Assembly (NCBI RefSeq): GCF_004010195.1
Contig: NC_057717.1
Location: 40,850,984-40,914,983 of the forward strand
Direction: 5' to 3'
Source of the DNA: Chiloscyllium plagiosum
Lineage: Eukaryota
DNA length: 64,000 nucleotides
The translations under genes were made by a program, and so were the position numbers. Of this stretch, positions 10,051 through 22,490 are shown piece after piece. Numbering within the stretch: position 1 is the first letter of the stretch; every line of letters begins with the position of its first letter. Under the pieces are notes generated by a model. The model saw only the letters and a list, made by a program, of their open reading frames with translations. It did no database searches and was not told where the DNA came from.

Positions 10051-13000
10051 TAATGCCCAAGAATCTCTGGTCCAGTCAGTGAAAATCGCTACATGAGCTA
10101 TGATCTCACAAACGTGGCATCGACATGCATTGGCTGGTTTGAATGATAGATGGTGACATTGAGGAACGTTCACCGAGCAACAGTGTCTGCAGCGGCACAG
10201 ACTGAACGGTGTCAATGTCAAAGTGAATGTTCGCTTGTGCAGTGCCTCAGGGAATTGTGAAACATTATGTCAAGGAAAGTTAAAGATTGTGGAGCAAGAA
10301 CAAAAATCCAACAATGGTGGGATTTTCGAATCCTGATGTATGACGCACAGAAACTGTAACCTTTGAAGGAACAAAATCATCACCTTAGATAATATTTCCA
10401 TTTGAAAATAATTAATGTCTTCTGCGTTTGGTTAACACGTGTCACATGGAGTAAAATGGGGAAAAAAACATTACTTGCTGTGACTTGGATTATAAAAGTG
10501 TTGCTGCGGACGCAAGCCAAAATACTGACCATTGATTACTGAACACGATCATGGTGTCACGCAAACCTACACGCTTTAAAAACATTAATTATTACAGTTG
10601 CAGATGATATGTCAGAAACAGCGTCAGGAACAATTGAGGAACACTTTACAAAACTGTACTGAGATGTGGGGACACAAAAGGGTGTGAATCTTAAACTTCG
10701 ATGTCCCCACATGCTGTGGAGTTTCCATCATTGAGTATGTTAAAGACTGAGGTTGATAGATTTCTAAAAAAACACCAAAGGCTCAGACAAAAGCGCAGGA
10801 TATTTTTGATATGCATGTATGAATGGAAATGTAGTTTAATATCAGTTATTTCGCCAGTCCCCTGAACAAGCCAATACCCATTGCTGCAGACGCTCATATA
10901 ATCCCAGTTTACAGGCCACTCAGAGAAACTGAGTGGCACAGTCGCGAAGACCCAAACGGAAATGGAGATGTAAATGAGTGCGCAGAACCACTCTGAGGCT
11001 CCAGTGATGTAATCGGTGAGCAAGCGGTCCATCTGTGAATGTACAGAGGGAGCGTGAAATGCCGAGGCTGGGAGCTGCAACCTTTCCTGGAGCAGCTTCT
11101 ATTGACATGGAGCAGGGAGTATTTGGACATCAGTCTAGGAGTTCTAACCATGCCTGGAGCAGTTTCAGTGGACACGGAGCATGGAGAATTTGGTCATCAA
11201 GCTGGACATAATGTTACTCAGCTATTTTAAGTTGAATCACGACACATGTTACTGGAATGGGGGGTGGGATTCATTCCAAGGACATGCCCTAATTATAAAG
11301 AAAACTTGTGGAAAAACCCAACTTATGGTGGACGATCTCAGCAGAGAGAAACAGAAGCAAACTTTTTGATCTCCGACCTTCTTCTCTGGCTGAACGTGGA
11401 CAGGGATGAATTGCATAAAAGGCTTATGAATTCGTTTCATGTTTTTCACTTTCCTGATTTGACTTCCTTATTTGCAGGTACGAGAAGTTTTTCTCACTAA
11501 CAATTCCATAGCATTGGTCTGTATCAGAATGTTTGCAATGCTGGGATGTCTGAATCATATCCACCTTCAATCTATTGGCCAAATACAAGTGTTGTCGTCT
11601 GCGAAGATTTACTGCAGGTAATATATCGATCGATTATGTCGTAATAAATTTGTTGATAGAGTAGTTTTTCATCAAGGAGTTTATGTGGAAATAAACGCAC
11701 TAAAGTGATCACTACTATTCCACAAGTAGATAAAAAGAACTGATTTCTTCATGAGAAGCATCTTGCACGGTAAATAGTGTATCCTTTTACCGAGCTGGTT
11801 TTCTCAATATCTGTCAAAAAATCATTTTCTGAGCACTTGAGAGCCATAACATTTGAACGGACTTTATCATGTTTGGGATTATTTGTGATGCTTAGTAAAA
11901 TAACGATCAATGTCTCCTAATAATATATATTACGGAAAACATCAGGGTAAATAAGGCTACGCTGTCAGCGGAGGAGAAGATGAAATAGTCTTGCACGCTG
12001 CTCATGGGCACCTTAACATTTTCAAACCGACCAATCCAATCACTGTGGCTACCGGGAATGGAAAGAAAACAAATAAATAGAGACCAGCTTCAAATTTCCG
12101 AAACTTGAAACATACTTTTGAATGGCAAATCAAAGGGGAATGAAAGGGGAACTATCCGACTGTGCAGAGGCAGTCAAGGCATCTTCCCCTTTTTTCAGAG
12201 GCAGGGATATTGACACTGATGTTCTGGGTCACGAATGTATCCAAGACATTAAAATGATTCCAATCAGAGCTGTTCTGCCCTTTGCTGTTATCACTGTCAG
12301 GAACAAGAAATTCTGATTACTTGACCGAGGATCAAATCCCAGTTGCGACGTTGCAAGAGTCTTATCTTAACCACAAGATCAGCAGTGCTGCCTCGCGATT
12401 GTTGGACTGTTTCATAATGCCGCAGATTTTGGCTTTTTTTAATCAGGAGATAACTTTGATCGAGTCACCGAGTTATTCCAGCATAGAAAGAGGACGACTG
12501 TCCAAGTTTCTAGAAGTTGGCATGCAGCCTTGTCTGCTCCGAAGTTTCAAGTGCTCATCTCAACGCTATTATCCTGTCATGTTTAACTTACAAACTGCAC
12601 AACAAATCTCGAATAAAGTTTGAAATGGAAAACCTGTGTTAACGCCCCCTCATTGATTAAAACCTTATTTTAACTAGCAGAGGGAAATACACAGTCAAAA
12701 CCGGCCAAGAGTGACCGTGGCTTGAGAAGAAACCTCACAGAAAATAGTATTTCGGCTAACTGGCTTACTTTGTCCCTTTCCAGAGTTCAACACCTGATGC
12801 CAGTTACAACAAAAAGAGGAAGCATTTGGTCGTTCTCCCGTCTGTGTTCCTCCAACATCTATTTACTGAGCTATGGAGGCAGGACAGCATGCTCCGAGAG
12901 AAGGGTTCTCATAAATTAGAAACTGCAGTGTAATAGATATTTGGATAACCTAAGTATTATGAACCAATGTAACAAGACCATGACAGACCCGAGGGGATCA

Positions 13001-13199
13001 CATGCAGAAGGAGGAATAATGCAGTGCTGAATCAGACAGTATCCAGGGAGACAGAAATATAGATCTTCCCTGGTAGTCTGTTCATTCGCATTCAGTTCTG
13101 TCACAGCCACGGCCTACACATCATGAACATTTATACTAATCAATATGAAATAGTGTCTTCCCTTTCGAAGTAGTATTACGTCGTTGACATAAACACAGA

Positions 13200-13980
13200 A
13201 ATTCAGGATCAGAAAATGGGTCGTTTCTGCGAGAACAAATGCGGAATGGGCTCACAGGTGCGTGCTAGTGGAACAGCGTGACGCTTGGTTCAGAGGCTGT
13301 TTCTCAGGGAAGCGAATGTGGATTTTTTATAGGCAGTTGCCAGGAGAAGAGGGTGGGAATGGGTTCACAGACCGTGACTAGGGGAACAGACCGTGGATGG
13401 GATCAAGTTCTACTGTTCAGACAACAGAGTGAGGATGGGTTTATAGGCAGTTACTATGACACAAAGAGTGGCAATGGGCGTAGAAGCTATTGCAAGGGCA
13501 ACAGAGTGGTGTTGGATTCACAGGCAGTTGTTAGGAAAACAGAGTGGCGGACTGGTTGTGGACATCACTCAGAACAGAGTGGGGATGGCGTCACCGGCTG
13601 TTGCTAGGGAACAGAATGTGGAGGTGCCAGGTCTTTCTGGAGGAACAGAGCGGAGAAGGGATGAAAGGATGTTACTCGAAGATTAGCATTGGAATTTGTT
13701 CACAGGCCATTGCTCGTTTAATAGGATGATAATGGGTTCACGCGCTGTTGCGGGGGAATAGACCGGCCATGGTTAAATTGTTCATTGCTCAGGAAATTGA
13801 GTGGGGCTGGAGGCACAGGCTTTTGTTAAGGGAACTGAACGGGGGTGCGTTCACAGTACATTGTAAGGAGTACAGCGAGGGGATGAGTTCACAATATGTT
13901 GGGTGTGGGTCTTCAGGCAGTTGCCAGGAGAACAGGGTGAGGTTGAGTGCAGAGACCTTTCCTTCAAGAACAAACTGAGG
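13200..13980 (+). repeat. Degenerate ~38-bp G-rich minisatellite, about 20 units
   Basis: Approximate consensus GGGAACAGAGTGGGGATGGGTTCACAGGCTGTTGCTA recurs every 36-39 bp. Confidence 0.8.
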
Positions 13981-14002
13981 ATGAATGCACAGGTTTCAAT
14001 TG

Positions 14003-14300
14003 ATTAGATTCCTGACAGTGTGGAAAAAGGCCCTTCGGCCTAACAAGTCCACACCAATCTTCCGAAGAGTAATCGAAGTAGACCTGTTTCCCTCTGACTA
14101 AAGCACCTAACACTATGGGCAATTTGCCATGGGCAATCCACCCTTACCTACCAATCTTTGGATTGTTGGAGTACTCCGGAGAAAACCCATGCATACACGG
14201 GGTCAATGCGCAAACTCCACACAGACAATCACCAGAGGCTGGAATTGGTCCAATGCCTCTAATGCTGTGAGGTACCAGAGCTAACCACTGCGCCACCGTG
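14003..14300 (-). mobile_element. HE1-like tRNA-derived SINE, near full length
   Basis: The minus strand begins cacggtggcgcagtggttagc (A box), has a central tgtctgtgtggagtttgc core, and ends ...cacactgtcaggaatctaat. Confidence 0.85.
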
Positions 14301-14959
14301 TTTTTCATGTGGAAGTGCAAATCATTTGCACCAAATAGCAAATTGCCACAGAAGCAAATGATGACATATCAGGTAGCCAGGGCAACAAGGTAATCAACGG
14401 TGGATATCAATAATCCAGCGGAGATCAGTTTGGGGATAGGCAGACACACAAATAAAGCAAGTCTCATAACTATGCTTTATACAACGACGTAGGCAGTGGT
14501 AGCAAACTTTAAACTCTTTGCGTGGAATTAGAATCAATGGAAGAGAGAGTGAAGAGGGAACCGTTTGTAAAACCCGTTAGAGAAATAAAAAAATCCCTTT
14601 AAGAATTCAGCAGGTCTCACACTATTTGTGGACCGACAAATGTTGAGATCTTCAATACTCAAATATTCTGCGGATGTCACATGTGCAACAGAGCTCTTGC
14701 AGTCAACCTTGTCTTGTGTTTTTGCGAGTGATTTTCAGACGAACATATAGTACAATTGACAAGGGATTCAAACTATTACAGAATCCCTACAGTGTAGGAA
14801 CAGGCCACTTGATCCAACAAGTCCACACTGATGTTCAAAGAGTTATTCGCCCAGCTCTTTTCACATTCATAATTACTCAACAGTTACCCCTAATAATGCC
14901 CCCAACAGACACGCAAGTGGCAGGATGACGGAAAGGGTCTTGGACTGTGGGGCGTTGGG

Positions 14960-16190
14960 GGAATTAGAATTCAACATGCCTCACAAATCTTATTGAATTC
15001 CATGACGATGTGACAACACACTTTAATGGAGGGAGAGCAGCAGCTGTGTTGTGCATGGATTTCAATAAGGCTTCTGGTGTATTTTGCCATGGTAGGTGGA
15101 CTCAGAAAGTGAGGAGTCATGGGATGCAGGGAAACTTTGCTATCTGCAGACAGAATTGCCTGGTCCATAAAAGACAGAGAGTGATAGTGGAACCTAATAT
15201 TAGCGGTGTTCTGCAAGGATCTATTATGGGATCTGCAGACTTTGTAATTTTTATGAATGATTTGGCTGAGGTTGTGGAAGTTTGCGTTCGTTGGTTTCCA
15301 ATGACAAGAAGTTTGGTGGCATTGTGGATAGTGTTGGTGAAGGTTTCAATGCGACATTGACAGGATGCAGAACTGGACTGATATGTGGGAGATGGAGTTC
15401 AAACGAGTACTGTTAACAGTGAACCATTATAAAATAAGTGAATTCGAATACAGAATGCAGTCATAAAGGGTAGTTTCTCGGCAGTGTGGAGCAACAGAGG
15501 GATCCTGGGGTTGACGTCCACAGTTCTGTCAATGTTGTCAACCAAGATGATCGGGTTTTTTCAGAGGACGTATGGTGTGTTGGCTTTCATTAGCGGGGGG
15601 TTGAATATACGAGCTGCGACATTATGCTGCAGCTCTTCAAAGTCCTGGTGAGACCATGCTTGGATTATTGTGTTCAATTCTGCTTGCATCATCAAAGGAA
15701 TAATGTGGAAGCTTTAGAGAGGGTGCAGAAGAGATTTGCCAGTATGAGAACTGGACTGGAAGGCAAATGTTCTGAAGAAAGTGTATGGGATCTGTGGCTT
15801 TCCTCATTGGAGAATAGATGGAGGAGAGGTGACTTGATAGAGGTATACGGGATGGTGAGAGACTTAGATAGAGTGGATAGCCAGACACTTTTTTCCCAGG
15901 GCAGAAATGGCTATTACGACCCGGCATAGTATTAAAGTAATTAGAGGAAGATTGGGGCGATGCCAGAGGTCGGTTGTTTGGAGAGGGAGAGTTGGGTTCA
16001 TGGAATGCAACGGCAGTGGTGGCGGTCGAGACAGATACATTCGGGATATTTCAACGACTCTTGTTTCAGCACATGGAAGATAGTGAAATGAAGGGTATGT
16101 AGGTTAGTTTGATCTTATATTCGGATAAAAGGTCGCCACAACATTAAGGCCCGAGGGGCTTGTACTCTGCTTTACTGTTCTACGTTTCAT
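14960..16190 (+). mobile_element. CR1 LINE RT/3' fragment
   Basis: CMDFNKA, SGVLQGSIMG and LVRPCLDYCVQFC...LERVQKRF motifs, plus a CR1 3' UTR ending. Confidence 0.85.
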
Positions 16191-16739
16191 GTATCCTGAC
16201 CGCTACCATCCGTATTCGAACGACGATAGGACACAGCGCGGGCCATAGATGCACATTGCGATCCCAAAAGGATTTCCTTCCTGCTCCATGATTTATTCAA
16301 ACTCCACTGTATATCCGTCAACAGGCCGTGGATTTAATTGGGACTTTTGTTTAAAGAATATCACCTCCTCTCTTTAAGGATTTATTTTTTGCAGCTGTCA
16401 CATTCTAGAAGGAAGTGATTGGAATTGGGCCGTGATAGGATGTTGCACACACCAGGTTTCTTCTCCAAACCCTCGACAAGCTCCTGCCTTCAATTCAGAG
16501 CCCAACTACCAAGACACATTTTATTCCTCGATCGCTCACTCATTCTAAAACACACTCTCACTCTTTGTCTACATCTTTTGTGTTTTGTAACTCCTTTGAC
16601 CAACAAACAATTATCTTCTGCTGTCAAATATTTCCATCCCCTCTGACTTCAAACTACCACGACTCGCATTGCTGTGTGTGGGACGGTTTTATTGTTTCGA
16701 AAACTAATAAAAGAAAACTGGACAGGGTTCAAAATAGGG

Positions 16740-16773
<34 letters not shown>

Positions 16774-17711
16774 CCCTTTAGACTCTCAGCGAATTGAAAT
16801 AGGCAAACTATGTTTAACTTATCCAATCATCATATTCAATTATCCTGGCCGATACATAGCTCACAAATCAAATGAAATTACAACAAATATTTTGAGAGAT
16901 TTCCTTATAAATATTGAAATGTCCTTCTCGGGGAGTCCTTTGTGTGAGACAGTCACTGGAGATTGATATATCTGTGTCAACTCCCAAGCCTGCATTGACA
17001 GGTGTCAAAACTCTTTTTAAAATGAATGGGCCACGATCATGCTGGAGTCTGTTAAGATAAGGACCCAAAACCCAAGATCCAACAGAGGAGATTAAATCTT
17101 GGAATACATAAACACACAACTCACATGGGCCCCCACGTGTTGCAGCCTCTTGACCAGGCCTCAAGCCTCAGAACATTTATCGCCTGTAAAGATTTTTCTT
17201 CTCCAAGGTTTTCCTCGTTCTTACCATTTTGGATGTTCACGTGGCAGCTTACCAAACAGAGGTTTGCTCCAGATAAAAGAGAGAAATAATTAGTTGAAAA
17301 GGAACCGAGAGCATTTTGACGGAAAATTACACAGTAAGATCATGAGTTTAAACTCACCCACCTAACCCATCAGCAATGCATTGCATGGCATCACAGAAAC
17401 ATTTACAGATAAACAAAACATAAGGGAACATTTAACCAGAGGCTTGAAATATCTTCAATCTCTTCGTATCGACAGAGGGAGAACAGAGGTCGAGATAAAG
17501 TTGACACTTTCTTCTTCAGATTTATTCTCAGTAAAGTATTGTTGACTCCACCTCTGCAATCTCAGACACTTCGTCATGTATGTGAGTCTGTTCCCTGTGG
17601 AGGCCTCTATGCTATTGTGATGATATTTCCCAGGACAGGAGATTTTTTGGATCCCGTTGGCCTTTGAGATGTCAATTCGCAAGACACGGATTTAAACAGG
17701 GATGGACAACG

Positions 17712-18200
17712 GTAAAGATCACACAACACCAGGTAATAGTTCAACAGATTTATTTGGAAGCACTAGCTTTCTGAGCGCCGCTCCTTCATCAGCTAACTCT
17801 TGATCAGGATTTGAAGACATTGAATTTATAACAAAAGGCTACAGTGTCATGCAACTGAAATGATATATTGAACAAACCTAGATCGCTGATAAGTCTTCCA
17901 TGTTTTAGTATAAGTCGCAGGTTTCGGTTCAATAGCAGCTAAATCCTAAAACTGATTTTAAGTAACATTCCTGAGACAACTCACTGTTATATAAAAAGGA
18001 TGACATATCAGCAAGGACAATACATTAAAGTTGTAATGTTAGTGTATGTGTGTCAACCAATTTGAGTCAGAATGGTTCTATTTCCCAAGTAAGAATTTAA
18101 AATATCTTATATGGATTGTCTGTCTGCATTGATTGCCTTTCGATTCCATGATTTTTCACACAAAATGAGATGTGTCTGCAAATATTATTCTGTACATGAA
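17712..18200 (-). mobile_element. Penelope-like repeat with hammerhead core (17761-17792)
   Basis: Minus strand CTGATGA-A-GGAGC ggc GCTCA-GAAA-GC-TA-GTG. Confidence 0.65.
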
Positions 18201-18529
18201 TATCCAACCAATAGGCTTAGATGTGTGCATGAGTGCACGAGAGAGAAGATGTGAGTGTGAGTCTGTGAGTGTGTGAGTATGAGTTACCTGAACTTGTGTG
18301 TGTTTGCATGTGTGCAAGCTTGGCACTGTTTGTGCGTGAGTATCACATTTTGTTAACTCGACTGCGAGAGTGTGCGTGGTGTGAGTGTTGCGGGTACATT
18401 GTGTGTCAGAAGAGAGACGGTGTGTATGACAGAGGTTACGCGTGAATGTGTGAATGCATGAGAGTATGTGTGCTTGTACGTGTGTGAGAGAGAGTATATC
18501 GTGTAGTCGTCTCAGGAATAAACAATGAA

Positions 18530-19510
18530 AGTTTAAAGACTAAATGAATGAAAGAAAGAATGAAAGTAAGAATGAATGAATTAACAGAAGAGTGAAAGAA
18601 GGGGAAAGAAAGGAAGAAAGAAGGGAAGCAAGAAAGAAAGTAAGAAAAAAGGAAGAAAGAAAGAAGGAAACNNNNNNNNNNNNNNNNNNNNNNNNNNNNN
18701 NNNNNNNNNNNNNNNNNNNNNNNNNNNNNNNNNNNNNNNNNNNNNNNNNNNNNNNNNNNNNNNNNNNNNNNNNNNNNNNNNNNNNNNNNNNNNNNNNNNN
18801 NNNNNNNNNNNNNNNNNNNNNNNNNNNNNNNNNNNNNNNNNNNNNNNNNNNNNNNNNNNNNNNNNNNNNNNNNNNNNNNNNNNNNNNNNNNNNNNNNNNN
18901 NNNNNNNNNNNNNNNNNNNNNNNNNNNNNNNNNNNNNNNNNNNNNNNNNNNNNNNNNNNNNNNNNNNNNNNNNNNNNNNNNNNNNNNNNNNNNNNNNNNN
19001 NNNNNNNNNNNNNNNNNNNNNNNNNNNNNNNNNNNNNNNNNNNNNNNNNNNNNNNNNNNNNNNNNNNNNNNNNNNNNNNNNNNNNNNNNNNNNNNNNNNN
19101 NNNNNNNNNNNNNNNNNNNNNNNNNNNNNNNNNNNNNNNNNNNNNNNNNNNNNNNNNNNNNNNNNNNNNNNNNNNNNNNNNNNNNNNNNNNNNNNNNNNN
19201 NNNNNNNNNNNNNNNNNNNNNNNNNNNNNNNNNNNNNNNNNNNNNNNNNNNNNNNNNNNNNNNNNNNNNNNNNNNNNNNNNNNNNNNNNNNNNNNNNNNN
19301 NNNNNNNNNNNNNNNNNNNNNNNNNNNNNNNNNNNNNNNNNNNNNNNNNNNNNNNNNNNNNNNNNNNNNNNNNNNNNNNNNAGAAAAGAAGAATGAAATT
19401 AAGGAAGAAAGAAAAAATAAATAATAAGAGAACGAAAGAGAAGGAATGACATAAATGCAGAAAGAAGGAGTAAATAAGAAAGAAAGAGCAAAAAAGCGAA
19501 AGAAATCATG
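18530..19510 (+). repeat. (GAAA)n-like purine microsatellite spanning assembly gap 18672-19381
   Basis: gaaa repeats on both sides of the N run. Confidence 0.9.
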
Positions 19511-19959
19511 ACAGAATATATAACCATAATGTAGATAGGGTAACACTGTCATCAACGATGGATATCAATAATCCAGCGGACGTAATGTTTTGGATAGACA
19601 GACACAAAAGCAAAGCTAGTGTCATAACTATGCTTTATAGAAAGACAAAGACAGGGGTGACAACCTTCAAAATCTTAGCATGGAATCAGAATTAATGAAA
19701 GAGATAGTGAAAAGAGAACTGTTCGTAAACCTCCAAACCGTGGTTTTGGTGTTAGGGCAGTGTCGGAGAAGACAAAATGAAAATCCCTTTAAGAACTCAG
19801 CAGGTCTGACACTGTGTGTGGACGGACAAAGTTTGAGATCTTCAAAATTCAAATCTACTAGGGGAACCATATGTGCAACAGAACTTTATCAGACAAACCT
19901 GTCTTATGTTTTTTGTGTGTGCTTTTCAGAAAATTGCCGAGGGATACAAACTTTTATAG

Positions 19960-20272
19960 AATCTCTACAGTATGGAAATAGGCCAATTGACACAACAAGT
20001 CCAACACTGACAGTCCAAAGAGTAACCCCCCCAGCTATTTTCACATACCTAATCACTCGACATTGACCCATGACTAATGCCCATACCGTAAACATCGCTG
20101 AACACTCGGCAACTTCGCATGGCCATTCACCTAACCTGCATGTCATTGGTTCCGGAAGGAAACCGAAGTGCACAGATGAAACCAAACAGACACGAGGAGC
20201 GTACATAAATCTCACAGAGACAATCGCCTGAAGTTGAAAGCGAACCCAGTTTTCTGGCACTGTAAAACAGCA
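19960..20272 (-). mobile_element. HE1-like SINE
   Basis: aatctctacagtatgga...catggccattcacctaacctgca...gaacccagttttctggcactg. The paralogue at 14775-14900 is truncated. Confidence 0.7.
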
Positions 20273-20879
20273 TACAAGCTATCTTTGATCCATCATTGTA
20301 TAATGAAATGGCTTAAATGAGTAATGTTGGAGGGAGAAAAATAAATGACCCTACGTAAAACCGTGATATCGAGGAATTTAAACGTAATATGAATTTTGAC
20401 TATGACCATTCCAAACACAAACAAAAATCCAACACTGAAACAAAGCCAAATGCACTGGCATGAGGAGGGAACTGACGATAATTAGATAAACTGACTGCAA
20501 GGTCCACTGCAATGAACAGTATAAAACAGGTCAAGTATTCATTTAAAGTGATCAACGAAAGGACAGTTCATTGAAAACCATTGTAGGAAACTCCAGAATG
20601 ACAGTTTTCCTATGAATTGCACTGCTGTCGATACCCAGAAGATTATCGATCGCTGCTGCATAGTGTAATCTATTAGCCTAGTTTTGTGCCCGCACCAAAT
20701 GTCCGATTAAGATCGTATCATGGCAAGTTCAAACATGCTGTGGGAAATCTGGGAGGCAAGTGACTACATGCTCAGGCTGCAAGGCATGATGTGGACTAGG
20801 TATATTTCCGCGGACAGAATCTGCACTCTCGTAGTCATATTATGCTAATCGCTGATCTAAACCCCTGGAAAAGACACAG

Positions 20880-22490
20880 AGGGATTTAGCTGCTTTTGGA
20901 GTCGTTAGAATCAGGGAGGGTCCCAGAGGACTGGAACATGGCAGCCATTTTCAAAAAAGGAGTGAGGCAAAAGACAGAAAACGTCAGACTGCTTCGCCTA
21001 ATGTATGACCTCGCTAAGATCCTTGGAATCCTTTGTAAAGGATGAAATTTCTGTATACTTGGATGTGTTACGATAAAATAAACAAAGTCTGCATGGTTTC
21101 GTCAAGGGGAAGTAATGCGTGACAAATCGAATACGGTTCTTTGAAAAATTAAGAAGCATGTTAGAACAAGGAGAGCCAATAGCTGTTATCTACCTGGACA
21201 TCAACATGGTCTTTGAAAGGTGTTGTATAGGAGGCTACTGAGTGAGATAAGAGCCCATGGTGTTAGAGACAAAGCACTGGCATTGTAGAATCTCAGCTAT
21301 CCGGCTCAAAGCAGAGAATGGAGATGAACGTGTCCTTATCAGGACGGCAGCCAGTGACAAGTGATGCTCTGCAAAGCTCAGTGTTGGCAAGATAGCTTAT
21401 CACTTTATACGTTAACCATCGAGATGAAGGAACTGAAAACATTCTGACTTGCAGAAGATACAAATCTAGGTTGGGGCACGGATAGCCTTGAGGAGGCGGG
21501 GAGGCCTTTAGGAGAGTGGGCAAAGAAGTGGAGTACAACGTTAGAAAGTGAGGTCCTGCATTTCGGTAGGAAGAATAGACACATGAAGAATGTTCTAAAT
21601 AGGGAGAAAGTTCCGAAGTCTGAAGTGTAAAAAAACATTGGGCGTTCCAGGTCTGAACTGACTCAAGTCAAACTTGCAGTTTGAATCAGTTGTTCGGAAG
21701 GCAAATGCAATTTTGCCATTTATTTTGTTAAGACTTGAATATAAAAAAAGAAACATGATCCCGAATGATGGGCTTTTGATCAAAATATTGATTGTCCTGC
21801 TTTTGAATGCTACCGGACCCTACTGTGCTTTTCCAGCACCACATCCTCGACTTTGATCTCTGCCATCTGCAATCCTCATTTTCTCCATTTAAAAGGAAGG
21901 TTGTACTTCAGAGGCTCTCTAAGGAAATTTTCAGACATTACTTGGAGTAATGTGCACAGATTTGAGAGCCATAATTCAGAAGGGAGTACTGGCCCTGGAA
22001 CATGTTCAGAGGGTGTTCACAAGAATAGCGCGAGGAATGAAAACCTTTACACATGTATAACACTTGAGGCCTATCGTTTTATACCACTTGGAGCTGAGAA
22101 ACATCGGATTTGGGTGACCAAATTGAAACATATCGAATACCAAATGACGTGTACAGAACAGAGGTTTGGGAAATGTTTCCAAAGGTAGGAGAGACAGCAA
22201 TGCGAGGACATAGCATTTGAGTAAAGGGTAGACATTTGGAGAGGAGGTAATGAAAAAGATGTTCAGTCAGAGAGTAGAGAATCTATGGATTTCGTTGCCA
22301 CAGAGGGCTGTAGAGGCTATGTCAATGAGTATGTTTAAGACTGAGATATATAGTTTATTCAGTATCAATGAGACCAAGGTTTAGGGGGACAACGCAGGAG
22401 AAGGGTCTTGAGAAACTTATCACGAATAATTGAATTAGTATTCAGGCTCGATGGGCTGAATGGCCAAATTTTGGGCTCCTATATGTAACA
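20880..22490 (+). mobile_element. Decayed CR1 LINE ORF2 3' half
   Basis: ccagaggactgg (PEDW), catggtttcgtcaaggg (HGF.KG), LEHVQRVFTR-like region and a 3' UTR gatgggctgaatggcc. Confidence 0.8.

Larger units (their letters stand above)
14373..19530 (+). repeat. Tandem segmental duplication, copy 1 (internally deleted)
   Basis: 14373-14900 aligns to 19531-20080, 14903-16740 to 26145-28625 (excluding a nested insert), and 16770-18670 to 30780-32470. Confidence 0.85.

Noticed and set aside
13200-13980. CRISPR-like or RSS-like array (cacag motifs at regular spacing)
   Set aside because: Vertebrate DNA; the units are contiguous diverged repeats without unique spacers; no nonamer at 12/23 spacing.
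14260-14300. tRNA gene
   Set aside because: A tRNA-derived SINE head with no cloverleaf, continuing into the SINE body.
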